Part shown: piece by piece, positions 1 to 9,136 of the stretch
How the letters are laid out: every line of letters begins with the position of its first letter
Position numbering within the stretch: position 1 is the first letter of the stretch
IMG/VR virus record: IMGVR_UViG_2595698649_000001
Location: 83,285-147,284 of that record
Length of the DNA: 64,000 nt
Strand: one strand, 5' to 3'
From: a virus
Lineage: Duplodnaviria > Caudoviricetes
Position numbers and translations under genes: made by a program
Notes under the pieces: model-generated
The model's input: the letters and a program-made list of their open reading frames with translations, nothing else
Database searches by the model: none
What the model was told of the DNA's origin: nothing

Positions 1-1
1 G

Positions 2-1267
2 TCACCACATAGACGAGAGGTAGTAGAAGACATTTTAGATATTAAGATATTTTCAGTAATGAATATGTTAGTTAAAATGCAAATCAAAGAAGTTACTGAA
101 CAGATAAGAGATATTGATAGAGATATACAAATAACAAAGAGTAAAGTAGAAACTCAACAACAATATTTACAAGATACAGGTAAACAGAATACAAAAGTTA
201 TAGATGATTATAATTCTAAGATAGAAGATAATAAACTGGCAATAGACAAGTATTCAACACATGTTGAGGGTATCAATAAACAGATAACAAATATTAAAAC
301 AACAATATTAGATGAAGAAAAGGTAAGACAACAAGTTAAGAAACTGAATAGTTTTGAAACACAGTTTGAAAGTAAAGTAAATCAATGTACAAAACATAAG
401 AAGTTTTATGAACTCAATGATAACTGTCCTACTTGTCAACAAAGTATTGACCCACAATTTAAATCAGAAAAGATTGCTGATGAAAACAAATCACTTATTA
501 AATTTAATCAGGCATTAGCAGATGTTGCTAAAGAGATTACAACTAAACAAAATAGATTACAAGCAATTGCTAGTGTACACGAAGAAATAAAAGTATTAGA
601 GATTGATAGTGTTAAGTATGAACAATCAAAAAATGAGTTAAACAATATTAACACAAAATTGGCACATAACATTGAACAGTTATCACAACAAAGTGAAGAC
701 ACAGGTAAAGCAAAAGGTAAGTTAGAAGAATTAGAAAATCAATTACAAGAATATGAAAAGGCAATAAGAACTAAAAAAGAAGAAACTGATTACCTACAAG
801 CTGCAAGAGTAATGTTAGCAGATACAGGTATTAAAACAAAAGTTATCAAACAATACTTACCTATTATGAACCAGTTAATTAACAAGTATCTGGCAAGTAT
901 GGATTTCTTTGTTAACTTTAAATTAGATGATGAGTTTAAAGAAATAATAAGAAGTAGATTTAGAGACGATTTTAGTTATACAAGTTTTAGTGAAGGTGAG
1001 AAGATGAGAATAAATCTTGCATTGTTATTTACATGGCGTGCTATTGCTAAAATGAAAAACAGTATATCAACAAATCTATTATTACTAGATGAAATATTTG
1101 ATAGTAGTTTAGACGGACAAGGTACAGATGATTTCTTAAAGATACTAAACACACTAGAGGGCGAGAATGTGTTTATTATATCTCACAAGACAGATATTAT
1201 GGCAGACAAATTTAAACAACAAATAAGGTTTGAGAAAGATAAGAACTTTACAAGGATAGTAGAATGA
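2..1267 (+). CDS. 46: gp46 recombination endonuclease ATPase subunit (SbcC/Rad50-like), 5'-truncated by window
   Basis: CPTC zinc hook, FSEGE signature, LLLLDEIFDSSLD Walker B, ISH; frame open from position 2 (RREVVEDILDI). Confidence 0.95.
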   Translation, partial: SPHRREVVEDILDIKIFSVMNMLVKMQIKEVTEQIRDIDRDIQITKSKVETQQQYLQDTGKQNTKVIDDYNSKIEDNKLAIDKYSTHVEGINKQITNIKTTILDEEKVRQQVKKLNSFETQFESKVNQCTKHKKFYELNDNCPTCQQSIDPQFKSEKIADENKSLIKFNQALADVAKEITTKQNRLQAIASVHEEIKVLEIDSVKYEQSKNELNNINTKLAHNIEQLSQQSEDTGKAKGKLEELENQLQEYEKAIRTKKEETDYLQAARVMLADTGIKTKVIKQYLPIMNQLINKYLASMDFFVNFKLDDEFKEIIRSRFRDDFSYTSFSEGEKMRINLALLFTWRAIAKMKNSISTNLLLLDEIFDSSLDGQGTDDFLKILNTLEGENVFIISHKTDIMADKFKQQIRFEKDKNFTRIVE

Positions 1268-2271
1268 AAATAACAATAGCTAGATTAAGAAGTGGAACAA
1301 ATTATAAAGAACCATTATTAGATATTATGGATTCTTTTTATGAGTTATATAAAAAATATCAAATACAAAGACCACAACACTCATATGGATATTACAACTT
1401 TGGTTTTGGTTTTGCAAACAGACAAAAGATGGATGATATTAAAGATAGTGATGTTATTATAATACCAAGTGAGAATGAGTTTACATTTCATATCAAAAAC
1501 TTTCAGGACAATAGACAAGTATTTCGTAGTAACGAAAAGGTACGAGAGATAGGTGCCATGTTGGCAGACAAACATATTATTATAATGAGAAGTGATAGAG
1601 CAGATAATGAAGAACTATACAGAAACAAAACATTTAAAGGATTTGATATAGGTAAGGTAAGTATATTAGATGAAATAGATATTGAAGGTGGCATACATGC
1701 TATGAAGTATCATTTTATTACAGACGCAATACCACCTAAATTAGAAGAAGGTACGAGAGCATATGATTTTGTATATTGGGGTACAGACAAAAGAAAGACA
1801 GCAGACAATGTTGAAAGTGGAGATATAAGACATACTTTCTTTAAACAAATATACAAAGAGAAAAAAATTAGTGCATACTGGATTGGTAAGTTTTCAGGTG
1901 TACAAAGAGATAAGAAAATAGATAAGATGAGAAATCTATTACCACATTTAACAAATGGTAAAACAACAATGTGTTTTAACTGGATGAGCAACACAGCAAC
2001 AACAAGTAGATACCACGAGGCATTAGCATGTGGCATAATACCATTTGTACATGAAAACTATGATGTAAACAATACAATAGTTGGAAACGAATGGCAAAGA
2101 GTGGTAGATGTAGAACATTTATATTCTAAGATTGACGAATTAAGAACAAACAATAGCTGGCAAGAAAAGTATAATGAGATACTAGATGACTATAAACGGA
2201 GAACATTAAAGTCAAAAGAGTGGTATTACAACGCTTTTCAATCAAGGCTTGACAATTTGATTAATTTATGA
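1264..2271 (+). CDS. T4 beta-glucosyltransferase-like GT-B protein (putative DNA glycosyltransferase)
   Basis: C-terminus TTSRYHEALACGIIPFVHENYD..LYSKIDELR..KSKEWYYNAF resembles the T4 BGT C-terminus as recalled; similar length; DFVYWG motif. Confidence 0.6.
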   Translation: MKITIARLRSGTNYKEPLLDIMDSFYELYKKYQIQRPQHSYGYYNFGFGFANRQKMDDIKDSDVIIIPSENEFTFHIKNFQDNRQVFRSNEKVREIGAMLADKHIIIMRSDRADNEELYRNKTFKGFDIGKVSILDEIDIEGGIHAMKYHFITDAIPPKLEEGTRAYDFVYWGTDKRKTADNVESGDIRHTFFKQIYKEKKISAYWIGKFSGVQRDKKIDKMRNLLPHLTNGKTTMCFNWMSNTATTSRYHEALACGIIPFVHENYDVNNTIVGNEWQRVVDVEHLYSKIDELRTNNSWQEKYNEILDDYKRRTLKSKEWYYNAFQSRLDNLINL

Positions 2272-2277
2272 TAAGCT
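2249..2277 (+). promoter_or_regulatory. sigma70-type promoter
   Basis: TTGACA-N17-TAAGCT with extended TG. Confidence 0.55.
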
Positions 2278-2290
2278 TAGTAAATATAAT

Positions 2291-2835
2291 ATGGAAAAAC
2301 TAATAACTAAAATTGAAGACATAAAAGTTAATTTATGTGAAGATGATATTTTAAATTTTTTACAAATACAGAAACGCTGGCCAATACAGTATTCTACTTC
2401 ACAACCTACAGTACAAATCATAAATGAACTAGGTAATTTCTACAACGATTTTTTTGAAAATACTGTAGATGGAATATTCTTAAATTATGATAAGTGGTTA
2501 TCTTTATACAACTTAGGATTTACTTCTATTATATCAAATGTTTTAGATTTATCAAAAGAACTAAGAACATTAGAGAAATTAATAATAGAAGAAATAGGTG
2601 TAAAAGTTTGTGGTAATTTTTACTTTAGTAAACCTGGAAGAAAAGAAAGTTTTGATAAACATACCCATAGTTATGATGTTATAGTAAAACAAATATATGG
2701 CAAGTCAAAATGGATTTTAAACAACCAAGAAATAGACCTATGTCCTAATCAAGTATTATATGTACCTAAAAATACTGAACACGCTGTTATTGAAAAAACA
2801 GAAAAAAATTATCATTAACCTTAAATTTAGCATGA
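2291..2835 (+). CDS. JmjC/cupin-4 (YcfD-like) oxygenase; apparent 1-nt deletion in A-run 2802-2808
   Basis: GNFYFS..FDKHTHSYDVIVKQIYGKSKW..LYVPKNTEHAV; adding one A gives KKLSLTLNLA* ending in an ATGA overlap with the next gene. Confidence 0.7.
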
Positions 2836-3974
2836 AGAATAAACCTATAGACCCTTTATTAGAAAAACAATGGGAGACCTTTCAACAAGAAAATCCTACA
2901 CCTTACGAACATATAGATACAAACGAACTTAAAGAGCGTTTAATTACTGAACTAGGTTATGTATCTGGTATGACAGTAGAAGAATATACATTATATCAAA
3001 AATGGTGTGAAGTTAAAAACAAGTATCCTGCTCAGACAGTAAACACTTTATTTGGCGAAGAAAGTCAATTAGTAGATTTATCAAAAGATAAACTATTATC
3101 TCATGTAAAGAACAATATATGGTCACCTCAGGATCCTATGGATTTTGAGAAGTTACAACCAGAACTAATCTATACAAAAGATAGTCCAGAATTACCACAA
3201 TTGTGGAACGCAATAAGAACATTTGCCTCTACAATGAAAAACAATAACAATATAGGTCGTAATCTAAACTTTATAGTAAGAGATAAACCAACAAAGAAAT
3301 ATCTAGGTGTCATTTGTATATCAAGTGACTTTTTAGATTTAACACCTAGAGATAATTACATAGGTTGGGATAGAGTTAGAAAAACACAAAAGATGATTAA
3401 TCATACGGCGATAGGTAGTACGATTGTGCCACTACAACCACTAGGTTATAATTACACAGGTGGTAAGTTACTTGCGTTGATGTGTTTATCAGATAAAGTA
3501 CAAGAGACATGGAAAAAAGAATATGGCGATACAATGGTTGGTGTTACAACTACAAGTTTATATGGTAGTTTTAGTCAATATCAGAATTTGAAACACTGGA
3601 AGAAAAGAGGTCATAGTGCAGGTAGTGTATCATACGAAGCAACGAAACCTACTATTCAGATGTTAAGAAAGTGGATTATGGAAAATCACACTAGAAAATA
3701 CTTTGAATGGTATAGTGCTACAAAACCTACAGGTCAACCATATAAGAGAGACCACAGAAATAGAAGTCATACATTTGCATATAGTAAACTAGGTATACCA
3801 AAAGAGTTAACAAAGTCAGACCACAGTAGAGGTATCTATTTTTCCGCTAGAAAGCGTATTAAATCATTGATTGACCAAACAAGGACAAACATGGAGACGC
3901 TTTACTATGATGACTTGATACATTTAACATGGGAAGAAACCAAAGAAAAGTATCTAAAACAGGTAGGAAGATAA
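2832..3974 (+). CDS. DruA/DUF4338-like protein, paralog 1
   Basis: GRNLNFIV, PLGYNYTGGKLLAL, TTTSLYG..SQY motifs shared with 16251..17375; likely ATG at 2832. Confidence 0.7.
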   Translation: MKNKPIDPLLEKQWETFQQENPTPYEHIDTNELKERLITELGYVSGMTVEEYTLYQKWCEVKNKYPAQTVNTLFGEESQLVDLSKDKLLSHVKNNIWSPQDPMDFEKLQPELIYTKDSPELPQLWNAIRTFASTMKNNNNIGRNLNFIVRDKPTKKYLGVICISSDFLDLTPRDNYIGWDRVRKTQKMINHTAIGSTIVPLQPLGYNYTGGKLLALMCLSDKVQETWKKEYGDTMVGVTTTSLYGSFSQYQNLKHWKKRGHSAGSVSYEATKPTIQMLRKWIMENHTRKYFEWYSATKPTGQPYKRDHRNRSHTFAYSKLGIPKELTKSDHSRGIYFSARKRIKSLIDQTRTNMETLYYDDLIHLTWEETKEKYLKQVGR

Positions 3975-4098
3975 GAACAAAAGTAGAACATAGGCTGTGC
4001 GATATGACGCACCAGCAATAAATCGTTGATTTATAAAGGTTCTTTTTTTGTATTTTATGCCAATAATTGTTGACTTTTGGTTAAAATTGGTATAGGAT
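3975..4098 (+). promoter_or_regulatory. compound promoter: GAAC-N7-GAAC box, TGCG..CGCA box, IHF-like site, sigma70 promoter
   Basis: GAACAAAAGTAGAAC 3975-3989; TGTGCGATATGACGCA 3996-4011; TAAATCGTTGATT 4019-4031; TTGACT 4070 N17 TAGGAT 4093. Confidence 0.75.
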
Positions 4099-4128
4099 AT
4101 ACAGTATATTATGAAAACGAGGTCAAAT

Positions 4129-6465
4129 ATGAATACTATTTCAAAAGAGCAAAAATCAAATCTTGCTAAATTACTTGCAACAGAAAATCTAAACGTAGAA
4201 CATAGAAAAGTTAAAACAGCACACTTTGTTCCAAAGACTAGAACTTTATGTCTTCCAATATGGGACAATATGTCTAATGACCTTTATGACTTATTATGTG
4301 GACACGAAGTTGGTCACGCATTATGGACTCCTGCTGATGAGACAAAATTAAACGAAGCAAAAAAGAAACACAATATTCCTCACTCTTACATGAATGTTAT
4401 TGAAGATATCAGAATTGATAAGAAGATGAAATTAAAATACCCTGGTCTTAGAAAATCATACTTTAACGGTTACAAAGAATTAGTTGCTAGAGACTTTTTT
4501 GGTAAGATTGGTGACGAAGCAAACAATATGAGATTTATTGATAGACTTAATGTGTTTACAAAATCTGGTCACTTAGAAAATACTATTGAGTTTAATGACC
4601 AAGAAAAATCATTTATTGAAAAATCAAATCACTTAGAAACTTTTGATGATGTAATTGACCTTGCTAAACAAATCTTTGCTTATAGTAAAGAAGAAAATTA
4701 CGATAAAGAAAAAGACCCTTTATTTCAACAGTTAAAAGAAATAGAACAAGATAAACTTGACCAAGATGAACAAGATAATCAATCAGAGCAATCTGAAAGT
4801 GAAGATAGTCAGGATCCTTCAGATGAAAAGCAATCACAATCTGGTGGTGATGAAGATACAGAAAAAGAAGAAGAAAAAGATAATACAACTTCAGGTGATG
4901 ACGGTAACAAAACTGATGAACCTGAAAACGAGAATAAACAAAAAGTAGATGGTAACAAAGGTCACATGGGTAGTCATAATCCAGAGTATCAACCTGAAAA
5001 AATTACTCCTTCAAATAGTGACGGTTCATTATCAGATGAAATGTTTAAAGAAGCAATGAAGTCTTTATCAAATATGTCTGAGAATATTAGAGACCGTAGG
5101 TATGTTACATTACCAAGTCTTAGTGAGGAAGATGTTATTATATCTTCAAAACATGTTGCTAAGTTATACAAAGATTATTATACAAAAAAATATTCATCAA
5201 CTCCTACAATGATGGCAAATAGTCTTAATAGATTTAAAGAGTGGAAGAAATCACAATCTGGTACAATCTCTTATATGGCAAAAGAGTTTGAAATGAAAAA
5301 AGCGGCAGATACTTACAAAAAGTCTTTAACAAGTAAAACTGGTATTATCAATATGAATAAAATTCACTCATATAAATTCAATGATGATATATTCAAAAAA
5401 ATTCAAATAGAACCAGGTGCCAAAAATCATGGTATGATTATGTTTATAGATTGGTCTGGATCCATGTCTCAAAATATTGATGACACAATCAAGCAAACTT
5501 TAAACTTAGTAATGTTTTGTAAAGCAGTTCAAATACCTTTTAGAGTATTTGCTTTTTCAGATATTACTAGAGCTGCGTTCTATAAAGAAGACCATGATGA
5601 TTATGGTTATTCAAGTAGAGCAGCAAGAGATTTAAAAAACAATCCTTTTAAACATAAACACGGTGACTTGTTTATTGAAAATGTAAACTTAATTGAGTGG
5701 TTATCAAGTGACCAAAAAACTCCTGAGTATAATGAGAATATGTTAAACTTATATAGATTTGGTGAGTATCATACTCAATATTATAATCATAGAAGACATT
5801 ATGACAGTTATGAAGAACCAATTGATATGCCTAGTTGTATGAGACTTGGCGGTACTCCTCTGGATCCTGCTATCGTTGCTTCTTTAACTATTGTTAAAAA
5901 CTTTATTCTTAAACATAAGATACAAAAAATGAATACAATCTTTTTAACTGATGGTTGTGGTCATTCAATGTATAATACTGTTACTACTACTGACAAAGGT
6001 AATTTAGAATTAGATTATGGTAGTGAAAATGCAGATTTAGTTATCAAAAATCCAGTTACTAAAAAAAACTATCCTTATGAAAGTCATAGATTTACAAAAT
6101 CAACTGCCGTTATGTTTGATATGTTAAGACAATCTACTGGTACTAATATTGTAGGTTTCTATGTTACAAGTAGAAATAATGCTAGTTACTATGATATATC
6201 AAATTTCTTACCAGAAGGTGCCGGTTATGACGGTGTTGACGCTGTAAGAAAACAAATGCGTAAAGATAAAGTTGGTACTATTGTTGGTACTGGTTATGAT
6301 GAATTGTTTATCATTCCAAAAAAGAATTTAAAGATAGTTGACGAAGAAGCGAAGATTAATCCAGATATGTCAATTGCTAAAATGAAAGCAGAATTTGGTA
6401 AGACTTTAAAAACTAAAAAGATATCCAGAGTTTTACTGAATAAATTTGTGGAAAGAGTTGCCTAA
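4129..6465 (+). CDS. CobT-like protein with HExxH peptidase and VWA domains
   Basis: HEVGH motif, acidic linker, FIDWSGSM MIDAS, LTDG; adjacent to CobS-like ATPase. Confidence 0.85.
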   Translation: MNTISKEQKSNLAKLLATENLNVEHRKVKTAHFVPKTRTLCLPIWDNMSNDLYDLLCGHEVGHALWTPADETKLNEAKKKHNIPHSYMNVIEDIRIDKKMKLKYPGLRKSYFNGYKELVARDFFGKIGDEANNMRFIDRLNVFTKSGHLENTIEFNDQEKSFIEKSNHLETFDDVIDLAKQIFAYSKEENYDKEKDPLFQQLKEIEQDKLDQDEQDNQSEQSESEDSQDPSDEKQSQSGGDEDTEKEEEKDNTTSGDDGNKTDEPENENKQKVDGNKGHMGSHNPEYQPEKITPSNSDGSLSDEMFKEAMKSLSNMSENIRDRRYVTLPSLSEEDVIISSKHVAKLYKDYYTKKYSSTPTMMANSLNRFKEWKKSQSGTISYMAKEFEMKKAADTYKKSLTSKTGIINMNKIHSYKFNDDIFKKIQIEPGAKNHGMIMFIDWSGSMSQNIDDTIKQTLNLVMFCKAVQIPFRVFAFSDITRAAFYKEDHDDYGYSSRAARDLKNNPFKHKHGDLFIENVNLIEWLSSDQKTPEYNENMLNLYRFGEYHTQYYNHRRHYDSYEEPIDMPSCMRLGGTPLDPAIVASLTIVKNFILKHKIQKMNTIFLTDGCGHSMYNTVTTTDKGNLELDYGSENADLVIKNPVTKKNYPYESHRFTKSTAVMFDMLRQSTGTNIVGFYVTSRNNASYYDISNFLPEGAGYDGVDAVRKQMRKDKVGTIVGTGYDELFIIPKKNLKIVDEEAKINPDMSIAKMKAEFGKTLKTKKISRVLLNKFVERVA

Positions 6466-6483
6466 ATGAAAAAAATGACTAAG

Positions 6484-6582
6484 TGCGACATGTTGACACA
6501 GCAATTAATTTGGAAAGCGTTGAAATATAAAGGTTTTTTATTTGAAATAACGCTTGACTTTAACAATAAAGTGTGATAGGAT
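6484..6582 (+). promoter_or_regulatory. compound promoter: TGCGACA box, degenerate IHF-like site, sigma70 promoter
   Basis: TGCGACATGTTGACACA 6484-6500; GTTGAAATATAAAGG; TTGACT 6554 N17 TAGGAT 6577. Confidence 0.7.
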
Positions 6583-6620
6583 ATAGTTATATTATGAAAA
6601 AAAGTGAAAGGACTACAATT

Positions 6621-7793
6621 ATGTTAAACGAGAAACAAAAAAAGTTTGTTGACCTTGCTGTAAAAGAACTTGGTACTGATACAGTAACAAGAAAGCAAGT
6701 ACAAGAACTTGAAACAAAATTTAACCTTACTGGTAACAGTTGGTTAGTAAATTCAGGAGATTACAAAGTGGGCAGAGGCGTATATAAATTACCTACTGAC
6801 GGTGTTGTAAACCCTAGTAAGAATATCAAACAGAAATTGCCTAAGACTAAAGCAGTTGCTGAGACAGTTACTTTAAAAGAGACTGCTCAAAATACTGAGA
6901 GTTTAGTTCCTAATAAAGAGGCAACTTTCGTATCATTTGGTAATTACAAAGATATTAAGAATATTGTAAAATCTAAAATATTCTATCCTACATTTATTAC
7001 AGGTCTTTCTGGTAACGGTAAGACTTTAGGTGTTACTCAAGCGTGTGCTGAGTTAAAAAGAGAATTAATTAGAGTTAACATAACAGTTGAAACGGACGAA
7101 GATGATTTACTTGGTGGTTTCAGACTAGTTGACGGTGCTACAGTATGGCATGACGGTCCTGTTGTTGACGCTATGAAGCGTGGTGCTCTTCTATTGTTAG
7201 ATGAGATTGACCTTGCTTCAAACAAAATTATGTGTTTGCAACCTATCTTAGAAGGTAACGGAGTGTTCCTTAAAAAGATTGGTAAATTTGTTGAACCTGC
7301 TGAAGGTTTCAACATTGTTGCTACTGCCAATACTAAAGGTAAAGGTAGTGAAGACGGAAGATTTATTGGTACTAACATACTCAATGAAGCTTTCTTAGAA
7401 AGATTTCCTGTTACTTTTGAACAAGAGTATCCTCCTGTAAAAGTAGAACAGAAAATTTTAGATAATGTTATGTCCGCTTATGCTTTAAAGGATCCTAAGT
7501 TTACTGAGAACCTTGTTAAATGGGCAGATGTTATTAGAAAAACTTTTTATGATGGCGGTGTTGATGAGATTATTGCTACTAGAAGACTAGTGCATATCAT
7601 TAATGCTTTTGCTATCTTTAAGAATAAACTTAAAGCTGTTCAAGTTTGTGTAAACAGATTTGATGACGATACTAAAAACAGTTTCTTAGATTTATATTCT
7701 AAAGTTGACGCTGGTGTTAACATGGAAGATATATCTGGAAATGGGAATGATGTTGACCCAATAAACATGGAAGAGGAAACTCCAAGTGTTTAA
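6621..7793 (+). CDS. cobS: CobS-like MoxR-family AAA+ ATPase
   Basis: GLSGNGKT Walker A, LLLDEIDL Walker B, NEAFLERF. Confidence 0.9.
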   Translation: MLNEKQKKFVDLAVKELGTDTVTRKQVQELETKFNLTGNSWLVNSGDYKVGRGVYKLPTDGVVNPSKNIKQKLPKTKAVAETVTLKETAQNTESLVPNKEATFVSFGNYKDIKNIVKSKIFYPTFITGLSGNGKTLGVTQACAELKRELIRVNITVETDEDDLLGGFRLVDGATVWHDGPVVDAMKRGALLLLDEIDLASNKIMCLQPILEGNGVFLKKIGKFVEPAEGFNIVATANTKGKGSEDGRFIGTNILNEAFLERFPVTFEQEYPPVKVEQKILDNVMSAYALKDPKFTENLVKWADVIRKTFYDGGVDEIIATRRLVHIINAFAIFKNKLKAVQVCVNRFDDDTKNSFLDLYSKVDAGVNMEDISGNGNDVDPINMEEETPSV

Positions 7794-7820
7794 TAAAAAC
7801 ATTCATAATGTAGACCTCGT

Positions 7821-7846
7821 ATCCGTGGGCAGCAATGTCCACGGAT
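7821..7846 (+). other. 11-bp hairpin with GCAA tetraloop upstream of tRNA (terminator or processing signal)
   Basis: ATCCGTGGGCA-GCAA-TGTCCACGGAT. Confidence 0.6.
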
Positions 7847-7855
7847 TTAAAACAA

Positions 7856-7929
7856 GCGGGTGTGGTATAGAAGTATTACGCCAGTTTACCAAACTGGAAA
7901 TGCAGGAGCGTTACCTGCCATCCGCTCCA
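7856..7929 (+). tRNA. tRNA-Gly (anticodon ACC)
   Basis: Acceptor GCGGGTG/CATCCGC, U73, encoded CCA; anticodon stem CCAGT/ACTGG with loop TTACCAA; T-stem GCAGG/CCTGC. Confidence 0.9.
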
Positions 7930-7943
7930 ATAAAGGGTACATT

Positions 7944-8147
7944 ATGTCAATAACTGTTGTAGTAAAAAACAATAATGTTGAAAAAGCAATCAGACAGCTT
8001 AAGAAAAAACTTATGAGAGAAGGTGTAGTGAAAGAGTTGAAGACAAGACAATACTATGAAAAACCATCAGAAAAAAAACTCAGATTAAAAAAGGAAAACA
8101 TTAAGCGTGTCCTGAAAAACAAAAAACTAAGGGAAAGGGAACAATAA
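7944..8147 (+). CDS. rpsU: ribosomal protein bS21
   Basis: VVVKNNNVEKAIRQLKKKLMREG..RQYYEKPSEKK. Confidence 0.93.
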   Translation: MSITVVVKNNNVEKAIRQLKKKLMREGVVKELKTRQYYEKPSEKKLRLKKENIKRVLKNKKLREREQ

Positions 8148-8148
8148 G

Positions 8149-8484
8149 ATGTTAAACTTTATAAAAGATTTCATTAGCGATAGTGAAAAGACGACCAAGA
8201 CAAACAAGAAAACGAAAGGAAAAGTTGTTATGGGAAGAGCTAAAATAGCGAATAGCACTAAATTTCTTAACGCCATGTTAAGAGGTGCAAGTGTGTCATG
8301 GACTGACGCACAAGAAAAATTTAACTTAAAGAGACCAAGAGCGGTTGTAGATAAGTTAAGAGAAGAAGGATATTGCGTTTATGCCAATAAATCTTCAAAA
8401 GGTACTAGTTACAGAATTGGTACACCTTCAAAAGCGATTGTAGCCGCTGGCTTAATGGCGCTTGAGGGACAAGCATACGCATAA
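8149..8484 (+). CDS. small basic protein, possible winged-helix DNA-binding domain
   Basis: LRGASVSWTDAQEKFNL..RAVVDKLREEGY..YRIG pattern. Confidence 0.5.
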   Translation: MLNFIKDFISDSEKTTKTNKKTKGKVVMGRAKIANSTKFLNAMLRGASVSWTDAQEKFNLKRPRAVVDKLREEGYCVYANKSSKGTSYRIGTPSKAIVAAGLMALEGQAYA

Positions 8485-8488
8485 ATAG

Positions 8489-8578
8489 TTTATCTAGGTA
8501 GCTCGTAAATCCTAGGTAAGTCTTGCCTCTCGTAAATGCAAGACATTGAGTTTGGCAGTATCTCTTTAAAAACTGCCA
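8489..8578 (+). ncRNA. candidate three-hairpin small RNA with repeated CUCGUAAAU-like loops
   Basis: Three adjacent 7-10 bp stems with related loops; CATAAATA late-promoter-like element at 8480-8487. Confidence 0.5.
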
Positions 8579-8611
8579 CTTGAAATATGAAATTTAATGA
8601 TTATATAAATA
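8579..8611 (+). promoter_or_regulatory. hsp20 promoter region: T4 late promoter, possible RpoH-like -35
   Basis: TATAAATA 8604-8611; CTTGAA 8579-8584. Confidence 0.6.
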
Positions 8612-8655
8612 CTTACGAAGCATGCCATAAGGGTGTTTCAATTTATATAAAAAAT

Positions 8656-8680
8656 AACTTTGCTTTAACAAAAGGAGGTT
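8656..8680 (+). promoter_or_regulatory. ROSE-like RNA thermometer hairpin over the hsp20 SD
   Basis: AACTTTGCTTT-AACA-AAAGGAGGTT: U(U/C)GCU opposite AGGAG. Confidence 0.55.
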
Positions 8681-8683
8681 CAA

Positions 8684-9130
8684 ATGACCAATTACAAAGC
8701 ACTATCTATTTTTAATTCACTTAAACCATTTACCGTAGGGTATGATGATTTATTTTCGCATTTTGACGAAATGACAACTCATCTACCTCACTTGACAGCA
8801 AACAATTTCCCACCATACAATATTGTTAAACATGACAGTAATAAGTATGATGTTGAAATGGCATTAGCAGGATACAGTAAAGATGATGTTATAGTTGAAT
8901 ACGAAAACAATCAACTAACAATTAAATCAAAACCATATCCTAAAGACGAAGAAAAGGAAGATACACAAACAATACACAAAGGTATTGCTAAAAGATATTT
9001 CTCTAAAGTCTTTACGATTGCTGATGATGTAGAAGTCAAAGGTGCAGAACTAAAAGATGGTTTGCTTAAAGTAGGTTTAGAACGAATTGTTCCAGACCAC
9101 AAGAAAGCAAAAACTTTTGAAATTAAGTAA
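8684..9130 (+). CDS. hsp20: small heat shock protein Hsp20 (IbpA-like)
   Basis: FPPYNIVK, EMALAGYS, HKGIAKRYF, AELKDGLL. Confidence 0.95.
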   Translation: MTNYKALSIFNSLKPFTVGYDDLFSHFDEMTTHLPHLTANNFPPYNIVKHDSNKYDVEMALAGYSKDDVIVEYENNQLTIKSKPYPKDEEKEDTQTIHKGIAKRYFSKVFTIADDVEVKGAELKDGLLKVGLERIVPDHKKAKTFEIK

Positions 9131-9136
9131 ATAGAT

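Noticed and set aside
4129-7793. CobT/CobS-like pair as cobalamin auxiliary genes
   Set aside because: No CobN in the window; better read as the MoxR AAA+/VWA pair common in marine T4-like phages
7860-7943. N-terminal extension of the 95-aa ORF
   Set aside because: It is the tRNA gene; bS21 starts at 7944
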